Virus record (IMG/VR): IMGVR_UViG_3300037470_000389
Coordinates: 1-43,825 of that record
Source of the DNA: a virus
Lineage: Duplodnaviria > Caudoviricetes
Direction: 5' to 3' (one strand)
Length of the DNA: 43,825 nucleotides
Part shown: positions 1 through 9,247 of the stretch, one piece after another
Numbering within the stretch: the first letter of the stretch is position 1
Layout: each line of letters opens with the position of its first letter
Notes under the pieces: generated by a model
The model's database searches: none
Told to the model about the DNA's origin: nothing
What the model saw: only the letters and a program-made list of their open reading frames with translations
Made by a program: the position numbers and the translations under genes

Positions 1-127
1 CCCCTGTATCTGCGTCATCCGAGGCCACTCATGGAACAAACATGGGAAAGCCCATAGAGCGTATCGAGCAAGACTGGCAGATAACTTTAGCTGCCCTTGA
101 ACGAAACGATTGGGACTGTGCTAAAGC
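1..127 (+). repeat. Terminal direct repeat, copy 1 (assembly circularisation overlap)
   Basis: 1-127 identical to 43699-43825; 127 nt is a common assembler k-mer length and the repeat cuts through a CDS. Confidence 0.9.
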
Positions 128-1166
128 CGGGTTAGAGCTTGGCAAATCCCGTCAGACTATCGAATCCCGCATTCTCTCGGCTAGAGCTAGAGGATGGGTC
201 GAAGATGGGCCTCCGTTAGAAGGTTTCCGGGTCACTGGCACGTCAACCTTGTTTGATGGCGAGGGGAACAAACGAGCAACATGGCTTAAGACCGCCAGAG
301 ATGCCCCAGGACCGGAGGAAATAGCCTCCAGTATCAGACAAGCCTTCGAGGATTACACGCCTCCTGAGCCTTCTGTGTGGCTCTCAGAGCCTATCACCGA
401 TTCTGACCTCGCCACTATCTACATTTGCGCCGACTGGCATGTGGGGCTCCTGAGCTGGAAGAAGGAAACCGGGCACAACTATGACTTGAAAATCGGCCAG
501 TCCACTATTCAGACCGCGATGGAGCGGCTGATTGCAGGAACTCCGAAATCCGGTCAAGCAGTCGTGCTAGGTTTGGGCGATCTCCTGCACTCTGATAACT
601 ACGACAATCAGACCTCCAAGAGCAAAAATGTCTTGGACGTTGATGGAAGATACCCTAAGATACTCAGCGCGGCGACGCAACTCCTTCTTTACACAATAGA
701 CCTGGCTCTCCAAAAACATGAAACAGTCATCGTCAGAGTGCTACCAGGCAACCATGATGAACATGCGGCGATTGCTGTTTCGTTGGCTCTCTCGCTCTAC
801 TACGCGAACAACCCCCGTGTCAGTGTTGATGACGATGCGGGAAGATTCTGGTGGTGGTCGTTCGGAAAAGTCTTTCTCGGTGCGACCCACGGCGACAAAG
901 CCAAGATGAAGGACTTGCCTCTTATCATGGCAGCAAGAAACCCGGAAGCCTGGGGCAAGGCTAAATTCCGGCACGTTTATACCGGACACATTCATCAACA
1001 GTCCGGGATCGAGATGAGCGGCGTAACGGTCGAGAGTTTTCAATCTCCCGTGGCCCCAGATGCCTGGCACGTTGCTCAAGGATACGGTGCAAACCGATCT
1101 GTGCAGGCAATAAACTATCACAAGGCGGACGGCGAAATCTCACGTAACAAGGTGAATATTCTATGA
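42..1166 (+). CDS. Calcineurin-like metallophosphoesterase with N-terminal HTH-like segment
   Basis: Motifs ADWHVG, GLGDLLH, PGNHD, THGD, GHIH in canonical metallophosphoesterase order. Confidence 0.88.
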   Translation: MGKPIERIEQDWQITLAALERNDWDCAKAGLELGKSRQTIESRILSARARGWVEDGPPLEGFRVTGTSTLFDGEGNKRATWLKTARDAPGPEEIASSIRQAFEDYTPPEPSVWLSEPITDSDLATIYICADWHVGLLSWKKETGHNYDLKIGQSTIQTAMERLIAGTPKSGQAVVLGLGDLLHSDNYDNQTSKSKNVLDVDGRYPKILSAATQLLLYTIDLALQKHETVIVRVLPGNHDEHAAIAVSLALSLYYANNPRVSVDDDAGRFWWWSFGKVFLGATHGDKAKMKDLPLIMAARNPEAWGKAKFRHVYTGHIHQQSGIEMSGVTVESFQSPVAPDAWHVAQGYGANRSVQAINYHKADGEISRNKVNIL

Positions 1167-1420
1167 CCGACAACGTAGTTCCGATCCGCCCAGACATAGA
1201 CCCAATCTGCGAAGGCTATGGCCTAGCAAGCATAGATTGGAACCTTCACGATAAGGAAGGTTCACATCCGTTCCCTTGGGTCACAGCAATTACTAATGCG
1301 GATAAGACATGTTTTATCAGGGCTCAGACTGGACACGATTCCAAGATTGATATTCAGGTGACGAAGCTCCAGGCAGCTTCACTGATATCAATTCTTGCTA
1401 ACTTCTTGGCCCAGCCATGA
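1163..1420 (+). CDS. Hypothetical protein
   Basis: ATGA overlap with upstream stop; co-oriented chain. Confidence 0.7.
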   Translation: MTDNVVPIRPDIDPICEGYGLASIDWNLHDKEGSHPFPWVTAITNADKTCFIRAQTGHDSKIDIQVTKLQAASLISILANFLAQP

Positions 1421-1677
1421 AAGAGTTCGAGCTAACCTACCTCAGACACGGCCAGCAAATCCCCGAGGGTTGGGAACTCGTTGCTGACTTCGACAACTGT
1501 CACCACGGTCGATACTCACAAGGCATCATCAAGAAGATCGAGAAGGCAGAGGGACGCTGTCCCTTCTGTGGCAACCCCTTAGTCGAAGATTGGAATGGTG
1601 CCCACTACGCCTGCCAGACGTGCCGACAGGTTACTCAAGCTTGCTGCTGCGGGGCTGGGAATGGCGAAACGGGGTAG
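1417..1677 (+). CDS. Hypothetical protein with C-terminal Zn-ribbon
   Basis: CPFC...CQTC...CCC; ATGA coupling. Confidence 0.7.
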   Translation: MKEFELTYLRHGQQIPEGWELVADFDNCHHGRYSQGIIKKIEKAEGRCPFCGNPLVEDWNGAHYACQTCRQVTQACCCGAGNGETG

Positions 1678-2080
1678 CTCAAAAGCGGAGTGGAATCCGG
1701 CACCAAAGATCATCCGTGGCAGGCTAAAAGAAATCCGAGTCCCTATGGGGATGTTTGATTATGCGGTCTATTGTGTTGTCGGCCCGTGGGATGATCTCAA
1801 AAAATATGTCGAATGGAAGGGAAGACCAGACACCGACATTCCTAAGGCCAGAGGGCTTCACTTTGAGAGCTATGAAGAATACGGCCCGATCATCTGGATA
1901 CCTCGAACACCTCGAAGCCCCGAAGACTATGCCACGCTAGCCCACGAGGTCTGCCACGCCATGAGAGATATGATGGTGAGCTGGGCGGGAATGGAAATCA
2001 ACGAGCACACAGACGAAACTTTCTGCCATGGGGTTTCACACGTCATGACAACCGTTCTGACCGAACTCCGACAATCCTGA
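1661..2080 (+). CDS. HExxH zinc metallopeptidase-like protein
   Basis: TLAHEVCHA followed by downstream E (DETFC); start chosen at ATG 1661. Confidence 0.65.
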   Translation: MAKRGSSKAEWNPAPKIIRGRLKEIRVPMGMFDYAVYCVVGPWDDLKKYVEWKGRPDTDIPKARGLHFESYEEYGPIIWIPRTPRSPEDYATLAHEVCHAMRDMMVSWAGMEINEHTDETFCHGVSHVMTTVLTELRQS

Positions 2081-2277
2081 AAGCCCTTCCTCCTGAGAGG
2101 CCGCGTTAAGCGCTTTTCTTCTTAGGCTTTCGTGACTTTGGGTCAGGCAAAGCTCTCGACGGGATGTCAGTGCAAAACGCAACCTTCCCACATATTTCAC
2201 AGGGGCCGTGAGACTTTAGATGACCATCTGGCCACCCGGCTTCATCGCCACATTTCTTGCAATAGAACATCTCTCTT

Positions 2278-2520
2278 CTACTCCCTTCCTTGGTCTTGTG
2301 AGGCGAGCATGTCTTGATAAAGACGCGTCATGTCGTATGCCGAAAGGCTAGTCCACTTAGTTTCAACCAAGTTGATAAACGCTTCCGGCGGGTCTTCAGA
2401 GACTTGCGCGTATCCTGAGGCTTTGAGAACTTCGATGAGCTTATCTACTTCCGCGTCTGTCCAGACGATGCGCTCGCCCCAGCTTTCAACGCTACGTAAA
2501 GCCTCTCTCACACTCTTCAT
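2278..2520 (-). CDS. Hypothetical protein
   Basis: Part of ATGA-coupled minus-strand chain. Confidence 0.6.
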   Translation of the reverse strand: MKSVREALRSVESWGERIVWTDAEVDKLIEVLKASGYAQVSEDPPEAFINLVETKWTSLSAYDMTRLYQDMLASQDQGRE

Positions 2521-2744
2521 GGCTTCTCTTCCTTAGGTGGTTGGGGTTTGAGGCTTCGGATTTTCGCTGCGGCTTGTAGAAGAACATCACAAGCGGCATC
2601 GTCCGTGGCCTCATTGAGTTCCCGGCTATCATGCAACGGAAGCACAAAGTTCAGGTTTTCAACTTCCTGAGCCATCATCTCGATTAGCGCAGTCACCATT
2701 TCCTCTTCAGCGTCTCGGCACTCTACCTGTCTTTCATCGGTCAT
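2517..2744 (-). CDS. Hypothetical protein
   Basis: ATGA-coupled to neighbours. Confidence 0.65.
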   Translation of the reverse strand: MTDERQVECRDAEEEMVTALIEMMAQEVENLNFVLPLHDSRELNEATDDAACDVLLQAAAKIRSLKPQPPKEEKP

Positions 2745-2995
2745 GGTGCAGCCTCAATCTCGACTTCGTACCCAAGGTGTTCAAGAAGGGTTTTCAGAAT
2801 GGCGTCCTCGTCGTAGTTCGTGCCCCCAAAACAATGGGCAACTGGGGCGAGGTCGAGAGCCTCCTTGCCGTCGATGTAAATCACAGCACCTTCGGCATAA
2901 GACGAGCCGCACGTCTCACAGTCTGTCCAATCTGTGACGCGCTTTATCTTGATGCTGCCTGCCCCACCCTTGCCCACCATCTTCTCAGTGTTCAT
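2741..2995 (-). CDS. Hypothetical protein (CxxC)
   Basis: DCETCG motif; coupled chain. Confidence 0.65.
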   Translation of the reverse strand: MNTEKMVGKGGAGSIKIKRVTDWTDCETCGSSYAEGAVIYIDGKEALDLAPVAHCFGGTNYDEDAILKTLLEHLGYEVEIEAAP

Positions 2996-3141
2996 GACAC
3001 GTTCTCGCTTTCAGAAGCATCGAACGGCAGTGAAAAGCGATTAGCTTTCTTTGGCCTGTACGTCTTAAGGGTTGCACCCATCTTGTGCCCGCGCAGGACT
3101 CTCTCTTGGGGCGGACACACTGTTTGGCCTCGTATTTTCAT
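2992..3141 (-). CDS. Small hypothetical protein (49 aa, MKIRGQTV...), below ORF-track cutoff
   Basis: Fills the gap exactly with ATGA overlaps at both ends. Confidence 0.55.
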   Translation of the reverse strand: MKIRGQTVCPPQERVLRGHKMGATLKTYRPKKANRFSLPFDASESENVS

Positions 3142-3341
3142 TTGGGAGGCTCCGGGAGTGGCATCCAGTGGGTTGGATTTTTGATGATGTCGGTGCGGTC
3201 GCCAACATGAGCCATCCAGCTATTCAGGGCTCCTGAGTACCACCCCCAAACTGGTCGCGAGTATTGGCGTTCGGACCAAAGCCAAACTTGCGTCCCATCC
3301 CTCGGAGCCGTATCTATGTTCCGCCACTCGTTCTCAGACAT
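3138..3341 (-). CDS. DUF551-like phage protein
   Basis: WRNIDTAPRDGT...PTHWMPLPEPP signature. Confidence 0.85.
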   Translation of the reverse strand: MSENEWRNIDTAPRDGTQVWLWSERQYSRPVWGWYSGALNSWMAHVGDRTDIIKNPTHWMPLPEPPK

Positions 3342-3834
3342 CGGTATATGTCTCCCGGCGCAAGACGCGCCCAATCGCGCGTTTGCTTAATTCGTGTTTT
3401 CGCGCTAACTTATCCCACGAAACTCCTCCTAGCGCGTATTCACGTCTAATCTGGCGAACTTGCTCATCAAGCAACGCGGCGTTTGGAGATCGCCGCCCCT
3501 TCCAATAATTCGTCATGCGACCGGCACGCCTTGCATGGGCTAAGTTTTCCTTTTGCGAGCACCATTCTAGGTTCTCGACATTATTGTTCTGTCGGCAATG
3601 GTCTATGTGATTCACGCATGGTAGCCCGTCAGGGTTTGGGATGAACGCTTGAGCGACTAGGCGATGAACGCGGGCAAGTTTGCGGAAGCCCTTTCCTCTA
3701 AGGTTGATGACCGGATAGCCAAATTGGTTCTCGAGTGGATTCAGAAGCAGCCCGTCAGTCCGCCGTACCCGCCCATACCGGCTAACTTCATAGCGTCCCG
3801 AGAACCCATCTACTGGCTTCCACTCATCGGTCAT
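3334..3834 (-). CDS. NUMOD4-HNH homing endonuclease
   Basis: EWKPVDGFSGRYEVSRYGRVR (NUMOD4) and VHRLVAQAF...VNHID...NNVENLEW (HNH_3), C-terminal HTH. Confidence 0.9.
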   Translation of the reverse strand: MTDEWKPVDGFSGRYEVSRYGRVRRTDGLLLNPLENQFGYPVINLRGKGFRKLARVHRLVAQAFIPNPDGLPCVNHIDHCRQNNNVENLEWCSQKENLAHARRAGRMTNYWKGRRSPNAALLDEQVRQIRREYALGGVSWDKLARKHELSKRAIGRVLRRETYTDV

Positions 3835-3902
3835 GGTGTTAGCTCCGGTGTCGTTGGACTAGTGGACCACTGTGCGTTTTCAGTCAAAAATGGCTGAAAC
3901 AT

Positions 3903-3948
3903 TGGTGGGCGGTACTGGACTCGAACCAGTGACCCCTGCGATGTGAAC
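3903..3948 (-). other. attP core: 3' half of tRNA-Val(CAC)
   Basis: Minus strand reads GTTCACATCGCAGGGGTCACTGGTTCGAGTCCAGTACCGCCCACCA (anticodon loop TTCACAT, T-arm ACTGG-TTCGAGT-CCAGT, ACCA); no 5' half; about 10 nt from the integrase stop. Confidence 0.9.
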
Positions 3949-3957
3949 ACTTTGACC

Positions 3958-5034
3958 CTACTGCTTTTTGGCCGTTTTAGCTAGAGACAATCGCTTTTTG
4001 GGCTGTTTTTGTACCGTTTGCATTCCCGTAGTCCGGTTCGCTGGCCCAAAGAGAGCTGTGTGAATCGCGGCGGCTCCTTTCTGGAGGTAGTCTGGCGAGT
4101 AACGTGCGTACACCCGTTCCGTGACCGCCGTGGACGTGTGACCTAGGAATTGGCTTAGCTCGCTCATGGGAACCCCACCCTCGGCCATGAACACCGCGGC
4201 CGAATGACGTAGTACGTATGGCGTCACCCCGGACAGACCGGCCCGGCGACAAGCCTCTGCAAACCCTTTCTTGATACTCCCCACCTTCTGTCCTGCCCAT
4301 TCGATCACGTAGTCCGTTCTGGCAGCCTGCTGAGCCAATACAAGCGGTCCAACAAGCGATGGAGCCATCGGTACAGTGGCCCTCCCTTTAGCGGTTTTGT
4401 CTCTAGCTGGATTGTCCAAGTGAATCCGCCGTCCCTTGAAATCCACTCTCTCCCAAACAAGGTCCAAGATTGAACTTGGCCGTCCAGCCGTGTAGATGCT
4501 GAGTAGAATAAAGAGCCGCACATGGGGCATTTGTGCTGCATCTAGGAGTCTCCTGGCTTCATCGGAGGTGAGGTGGCGGGCACGTGGTCTTGGTTTTGAG
4601 GGGAGCTTAAACTTGGCGTCGGACCCTCCGTGTCGGAGTGCAGCTCTGAGGTAGCCAAGTTCGGTGTGGATAGTTCCATCGCCAACAACTCTGCGACGGG
4701 TCGCCACGTATCCTCGTGCCCAAGCGCTTGAAATAGTTTCTGGCGCGTGCGAAGCGCATTCATGGCTGAGTGCTTTCCAAGCATCCCGCATCCTTCCTAC
4801 TGAAATTTTCCCCTGAGCTTCTTTTTCTGCCACATAATCGGCCCAAATATCCCCTACTGTGAGTCTGTTCGATGGTCGTAAGAGGGCGTCTCGTTCTCTG
4901 GCGAATTCTCTGAGGGCCGCTCGCGCTTCAGCCGGTGAAGCTGCATTAACAAGACGCCATCGTTTGCGCCGGCCTCCTTCGTACCAGACGCAAACCCATC
5001 GGCCTTTGAGCTTTCCGAGGCGATAGTCTGGCAT
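3958..5034 (-). CDS. int: Tyrosine integrase
   Basis: TAGR, K (KTAK), YVLRHS, LGH, VYAR catalytic positions; adjacent tRNA-derived att. Confidence 0.93.
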   Translation of the reverse strand: MPDYRLGKLKGRWVCVWYEGGRRKRWRLVNAASPAEARAALREFARERDALLRPSNRLTVGDIWADYVAEKEAQGKISVGRMRDAWKALSHECASHAPETISSAWARGYVATRRRVVGDGTIHTELGYLRAALRHGGSDAKFKLPSKPRPRARHLTSDEARRLLDAAQMPHVRLFILLSIYTAGRPSSILDLVWERVDFKGRRIHLDNPARDKTAKGRATVPMAPSLVGPLVLAQQAARTDYVIEWAGQKVGSIKKGFAEACRRAGLSGVTPYVLRHSAAVFMAEGGVPMSELSQFLGHTSTAVTERVYARYSPDYLQKGAAAIHTALFGPANRTTGMQTVQKQPKKRLSLAKTAKKQ

Positions 5035-5189
5035 TCGAACCGCTCAACCTCCCCAGCCGAAATCCTCCACAGTTTGCGCCCGACCTTGAAGCCACGCAAG
5101 TCGCCCTTCTCCAGCATCTTCCGCACGCAGACAGCCGAACAGCCCCACCGCTCTGCTAACTTCTCTGGCGTGTAAGGACGCTCGCTCAC
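4854..5189 (-). CDS. xis: Excisionase-like HTH protein
   Basis: YTPEKLAERWGCS...LRGFKVGRKLWRI winged-HTH pattern directly upstream of and overlapping int. Confidence 0.75.
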   Translation of the reverse strand: MSERPYTPEKLAERWGCSAVCVRKMLEKGDLRGFKVGRKLWRISAGEVERFECQTIASESSKADGFASGTKEAGANDGVLLMQLHRLKRERPSENSPENETPSYDHRTDSQ

Positions 5190-6133
5190 TTCCCCTCTCC
5201 TTGGAGAGCGGCGCGGGCCTTATTGAGCGAGAATGGTTGGTGATGGCTCGGGTTTGCCATCTGCCGTTCGGCGTCTTCTATTAAGTCCTCCAGCGCCTCC
5301 TTGAGCGCGTCACGTTCTTGCTTGAGGCTGGAGAGTTCGTGCTGTAGCTTGATCTTGCGCACGCGCAGGGCAATGTTGTCCTTTTCCGCAATGTCATAAT
5401 ATTCTTTCCAGCCGTCCCGCTCATCCCTGAGCTTGACGAGAAGGGCGGCGGCTTCCGCGCATATCTCAGCACAGAACGCGCTAGACGTTTCACATTCATA
5501 CGGAGAGACTTTTTCCAGCCTCTCCACCAGCCCTTCTACGTCAGTGTCGGAGGGGGAGGGCTCGACAGACTTCATGGCATCGCCAACGGCGTACTTATCA
5601 GCGAGCCACGGTTCGGGAGTTACAACAGGGGAGGGCTTCCGATTTACCTTGTCTGCGACAGTCTCCACCCCTGGCATCTCAAATTTACAGATGGCGTTTT
5701 CGACTTCTGGCTCCGAAATGTTCAGGGCCTCGGCAATCTCGACCGTATTGATCTGTTCTCTGTTCAATGCCCTCACGGCTTTGATGTAGCCAAAAACGGC
5801 AGCGGCAATATCTTCCTCTGAATACCAATGGGTTTCGGCAGGGGAGGGAGCCTGAGAAGGTGGGGAGGGCATGAAATGTTCTTGGAGATAGTCTGCAATC
5901 TGCGCGGAGTGCCCACCATGAACGTGAAATGGTAGGTTCCGCACAAACTCAATCAGGCCATCGGCTTCGATCCCCTTGATGACGAGGTCACAGATGGCTT
6001 CCCATTCGTCGAGGCGCAATTGTGAAAGCTCACAACCGTATTGTTGAAGCCAACGAGGAAGGTTGCGATGCCAGTCATCTAGTTCTTCGCGCGTCAGGCA
6101 CTCGGTCATGGCATGTCCTTCATCCTTGGTCAT
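5186..6133 (-). CDS. Hypothetical mosaic protein (internal HTH-like segment, C-terminal coiled coil)
   Basis: 315 aa ORF; INTVEIAEALNISEPEV; C-terminal ARAALQGE typical of phage early proteins. Confidence 0.7.
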   Translation of the reverse strand: MTKDEGHAMTECLTREELDDWHRNLPRWLQQYGCELSQLRLDEWEAICDLVIKGIEADGLIEFVRNLPFHVHGGHSAQIADYLQEHFMPSPPSQAPSPAETHWYSEEDIAAAVFGYIKAVRALNREQINTVEIAEALNISEPEVENAICKFEMPGVETVADKVNRKPSPVVTPEPWLADKYAVGDAMKSVEPSPSDTDVEGLVERLEKVSPYECETSSAFCAEICAEAAALLVKLRDERDGWKEYYDIAEKDNIALRVRKIKLQHELSSLKQERDALKEALEDLIEDAERQMANPSHHQPFSLNKARAALQGEGK

Positions 6134-6300
6134 GGGGAGGTTCTCTGAAATTCACAGAGCCAGTCCGTTAGAAAGACCCGTTGTTGACGTAGAGCTTCCT
6201 CGATCTGGTTGGCAGCCCTGCTCATTTCAGCGGCAGCACTCTCCATTGTCCGTGCGGCGTCTTTGATTTTCTCTGTTCCAAGCAAGGTGATGCTATCCAT
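6130..6300 (-). CDS. Small hypothetical protein
   Basis: MDSITLLGTEKIKDAA...; coupled to neighbours. Confidence 0.55.
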   Translation of the reverse strand: MDSITLLGTEKIKDAARTMESAAAEMSRAANQIEEALRQQRVFLTDWLCEFQRTSP

Positions 6301-6775
6301 CGTTCGTGTCCTTCTGAATGCGGGATAGGAGGGCGCGCAATAAAGCAGAGAGGACGGCAAGTGCTGGATTGGGCGACCCAGGATCGCTCTTACTCCTAAA
6401 CACGCGCCTGTGGTTGCTCGGGTACCCTTCTCCGATGGCGGCAATCCAATTCCAGTGATCGTCTTGGCCGATGCTGCGAACATGATAGCCAGGAGGCGGC
6501 AACACCCGCTCTACAAGCCCTATCGCTGCGTCGAGGGATGACGAGTAGTAGTCTGGTTTGATCGAGGTTGTTCTGCGCTCGCCAGAATCTGTGTCGATAG
6601 TCGCCAGTTCTTTGCCTGGGATGCGTGCGTAACGTGTTACACTGTCGCCTTCCCAAGCCTCCGCGTACTCTCGCATATGGTCGTGGTCGAGACCGCACGC
6701 GATCAGCCAGTCGATTTCCCTATCCGGCCCACTAGCCTTCTCCACGCGCTCGATTAGATCAGCGTATTTCATCAC
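6293..6775 (-). CDS. Phage hypothetical protein (LIERVEKASGPDREID / YSSSLDAA family)
   Basis: Motif pattern recurrent in alphaproteobacterial phage early genes. Confidence 0.75.
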   Translation of the reverse strand: MMKYADLIERVEKASGPDREIDWLIACGLDHDHMREYAEAWEGDSVTRYARIPGKELATIDTDSGERRTTSIKPDYYSSSLDAAIGLVERVLPPPGYHVRSIGQDDHWNWIAAIGEGYPSNHRRVFRSKSDPGSPNPALAVLSALLRALLSRIQKDTNDG

Positions 6776-6963
6776 CCCCGCTCCCTCTCGTTAAGGGCGG
6801 CTCGGCCTGCATCTGTTAATTCCCTAATTCCTCCCCACCCCACAGTGACCCAACCGTTCGAGATAGCGTGCCGCAACTCTTCGTTCCACACTTGCGGAAT
6901 ATGGTGCTTCCCGAACTTGAGCATCGTTAGAAACTCCTTGTCGCGCTCGCTCAACTTCATCAC
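6772..6963 (-). CDS. Hypothetical protein, possible winged helix
   Basis: ELTDAGRAAL C-terminus; coupled chain. Confidence 0.65.
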   Translation of the reverse strand: MMKLSERDKEFLTMLKFGKHHIPQVWNEELRHAISNGWVTVGWGGIRELTDAGRAALNERERG

Positions 6964-7367
6964 TCCCTCCCTTGGCGTTCGACGGGCAAGTATGCGCGGA
7001 CAATCTTCTCCATCCGTTCCAAATCACCCGTGTTCTTCCACAGTGCATTTGCTAAATCATATGGATTGAAGCCGAGAGCCTTGAAGTAGATGGTTTCACG
7101 TTTCGATCCGAACGTGTGAACATGGTCGTGCTCGTCTCTTGTTAGAGGAATTGCCCAACGGTCTGTTGCACGCAAGCCAACCCCACGCTCGTCTTTCAAT
7201 CTCAAGTGATGAGGGTCGCACGGCTTCCGCCCGCTGACACAACTCGGTAGGTTCCGAATTAGAGATAGATGCTCAGGTGACATTCCTGGCCGTTTGTCGC
7301 GCGCCTTCAGTTCCCGTTTTGCATTGGGGTTCTTGGGCGGCTTGAAATTTGTAACGACCTCGGTCAT
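6960..7367 (-). CDS. DUF968/Ref-like HNH-fold nuclease
   Basis: LPSCVSG...DPHHLR...DRWAIPLTRDEHDHVH. Confidence 0.7.
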   Translation of the reverse strand: MTEVVTNFKPPKNPNAKRELKARDKRPGMSPEHLSLIRNLPSCVSGRKPCDPHHLRLKDERGVGLRATDRWAIPLTRDEHDHVHTFGSKRETIYFKALGFNPYDLANALWKNTGDLERMEKIVRAYLPVERQGRE

Positions 7368-7476
7368 CTCATCCCTTCCCCGTGCTGAGGGTCTACAGTG
7401 GCTTTAGGCGGTTTGATTAAAGTCGCGGCCCCGCCCGCAATTAAGGAGTACGATTCCGCTAACGCACCCCACCACT

Positions 7477-7818
7477 TTAAAGTCTTCTCTCGGCTCTTGC
7501 TGTCGCTTCAATGCTCTGTTGCTCTGAGTGACGCATCCGTAGATATTCCATGTCGATTTTCAGTTTGTTTGCAGCGTTCCGATCCTTGATCATGTCAGCC
7601 AAGTAGGAGCGCCATTCGTCGCCGGACTTGACAATGCGTTCGGCCTTCGTCTCTGACATCTTCGCGTCGGCCTCAATCAACTTGGACTTGAGCGAGGAAA
7701 GGAAGGTGGTCTTGCCTTCCTCCCTCATTCTTGCGGCTGCATCGAGTTCAGCCCACTGCTTGCCGATCAAACGGAACTGCTCACTAAGAGGCTGGTTGCT
7801 TATCTCGGACATCGACAA
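7477..7818 (-). CDS. Hypothetical helical protein in recombination region
   Basis: 113 aa, coiled-coil character. Confidence 0.7.
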   Translation of the reverse strand: MSMSEISNQPLSEQFRLIGKQWAELDAAARMREEGKTTFLSSLKSKLIEADAKMSETKAERIVKSGDEWRSYLADMIKDRNAANKLKIDMEYLRMRHSEQQSIEATARAERRL

Positions 7819-7868
7819 TCCTCGCGTCGGGCCATATACGCATTACCTCTTGAATGGCCGGGTGGTCA

Positions 7869-8213
7869 TCAAAAGGGAATCTCGTCGTCTAGAGCCTGAG
7901 CCACGGGAATGCGAACCCTGAGACAGGGCACCATGTTGCCCTGGTACTTTGTTTTTGACGGGTACAAGACGACCTCTTTCCCGCTCCACTTATCCGTCTC
8001 TCCGGTGTAGGCTTCTTTGATCGCGTCCTTATTCGTCATGTTAAGGACCAGGCCCTTTTCTTTCCCTTTGAAATAAACGACAGCCTTCACGCCATCGTCG
8101 CCAACCTCTTCGAACTTGCATTCTGAGATGGTGCATGGGACTTCCTTCCCCTGCAAATCTGTGGCTTTCAGATATTTGGACTCACTCTGGTAGTAGTCAT
8201 CGACGTTAGGCAT
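7869..8213 (-). CDS. Putative single-stranded DNA-binding protein
   Basis: SKYLKATDL...LVLNMTN beta-rich core and acidic SSB-type tail DDEIPF. Confidence 0.7.
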   Translation of the reverse strand: MPNVDDYYQSESKYLKATDLQGKEVPCTISECKFEEVGDDGVKAVVYFKGKEKGLVLNMTNKDAIKEAYTGETDKWSGKEVVLYPSKTKYQGNMVPCLRVRIPVAQALDDEIPF

Positions 8214-8577
8214 CGGAAACCCTTTCCTTTTGGCGTGCATAAAGTTCGTTCAGCGGTTCAATCCATTCGTTCGGGCAGACAGCTATCCGCGAGCGGTTAT
8301 CGGACCTCCATTGCAGGAGTTCGGTGTATGACTTGCAGTTCTCGATACCGCCCTTGAGAATGTCCCAATCGCCATCGAGCTTGGCGCGGTTCGATGTTTT
8401 GCGGTTCAGATAGCCGGCGAGGCGTAGTGCGATGCTGGCTTCCTCAAGCGTAGAGATTGCGATGTCGCGGTAGCCTGTTTTATCCAGGCGCTCGAAGCCG
8501 CTCATAATCGACTTCACGATCAGTTGCGGGTCTTCGTCCTCCTCACATTCGCCGTATATCGTGATTATCTTTTCCAC
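8206..8577 (-). CDS. Hypothetical protein
   Basis: Tightly packed minus-strand ORF. Confidence 0.65.
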   Translation of the reverse strand: MEKIITIYGECEEDEDPQLIVKSIMSGFERLDKTGYRDIAISTLEEASIALRLAGYLNRKTSNRAKLDGDWDILKGGIENCKSYTELLQWRSDNRSRIAVCPNEWIEPLNELYARQKERVSDA

Positions 8578-8826
8578 TTACGCGGCCTCACGATCCTGCT
8601 TTTCTCGCGCTTCACGAAGGCAATGCTCGACAAGTTTCACAACGTCATTGTTCGGATCGCCGCCGATGTAGATTGAGATTGCCGCATTGATCGCCCAGGT
8701 GAACGCACTGGAATATTGAGCCTTCTCACGAAGATTCACGGATCGAAGGTTTTGGAGAACTTGCAGCGTGTCACTCATAGCGTGCACCGCCTGCCCATTT
8801 AAGGATAACGTCCATTGTGTTGTCAT
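8578..8826 (-). CDS. Hypothetical protein
   Basis: Abuts neighbours. Confidence 0.6.
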   Translation of the reverse strand: MTTQWTLSLNGQAVHAMSDTLQVLQNLRSVNLREKAQYSSAFTWAINAAISIYIGGDPNNDVVKLVEHCLREAREKQDREAA

Positions 8827-8983
8827 CCCAATTGGCTAGAGCGTGTTGTTCAAGTTCAGACCGTGAGCAATGCCAAGGTCCGTCTACGTAAGACACCTCC
8901 TCAAGCAGCTGCCGGGGGAGGGCTCCCAACAGCTTCTTTCTGAGGGCTTCTTTCCCAGTTGCTCGTTTCATGCCTTGCTCCAT
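8771..8983 (-). CDS. Hypothetical protein
   Basis: ORF in operon orientation; overlaps neighbour. Confidence 0.5.
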   Translation of the reverse strand: MEQGMKRATGKEALRKKLLGALPRQLLEEVSYVDGPWHCSRSELEQHALANWDDNTMDVILKWAGGARYE

Positions 8984-9162
8984 TCATCGAAACCCAACCT
9001 CAAGCATTTGGCGCACACTAGAACGACATCGAACTCGCCACGGTCGAGAAGTTCTTTGATTGCGAGAACGGCGGTGCGCTCCAGTTGCGCGACGGACTTT
9101 TCATCGTCCCTCCGACGCAACTCATCTGCAAACCAGCGCCACGGGGATTGAGCGAGCGTCAT
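8968..9162 (-). CDS. Hypothetical protein
   Basis: Start chosen at MTLAQ. Confidence 0.5.
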   Translation of the reverse strand: MTLAQSPWRWFADELRRRDDEKSVAQLERTAVLAIKELLDRGEFDVVLVCAKCLRLGFDEWSKA

Positions 9163-9247
9163 ATGAACCCCACAACCACGATCAAACAAAGAAGTTGAAT
9201 CTGAATGACGGTCACCCCCAACATTAGAGAGTTGAATTGAGCTTCGT

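Noticed and set aside
3903-3948. Intact tRNA-Val gene
   Set aside because: Only the anticodon loop to CCA is present; no D-arm or 5' acceptor strand; it is the attP core.
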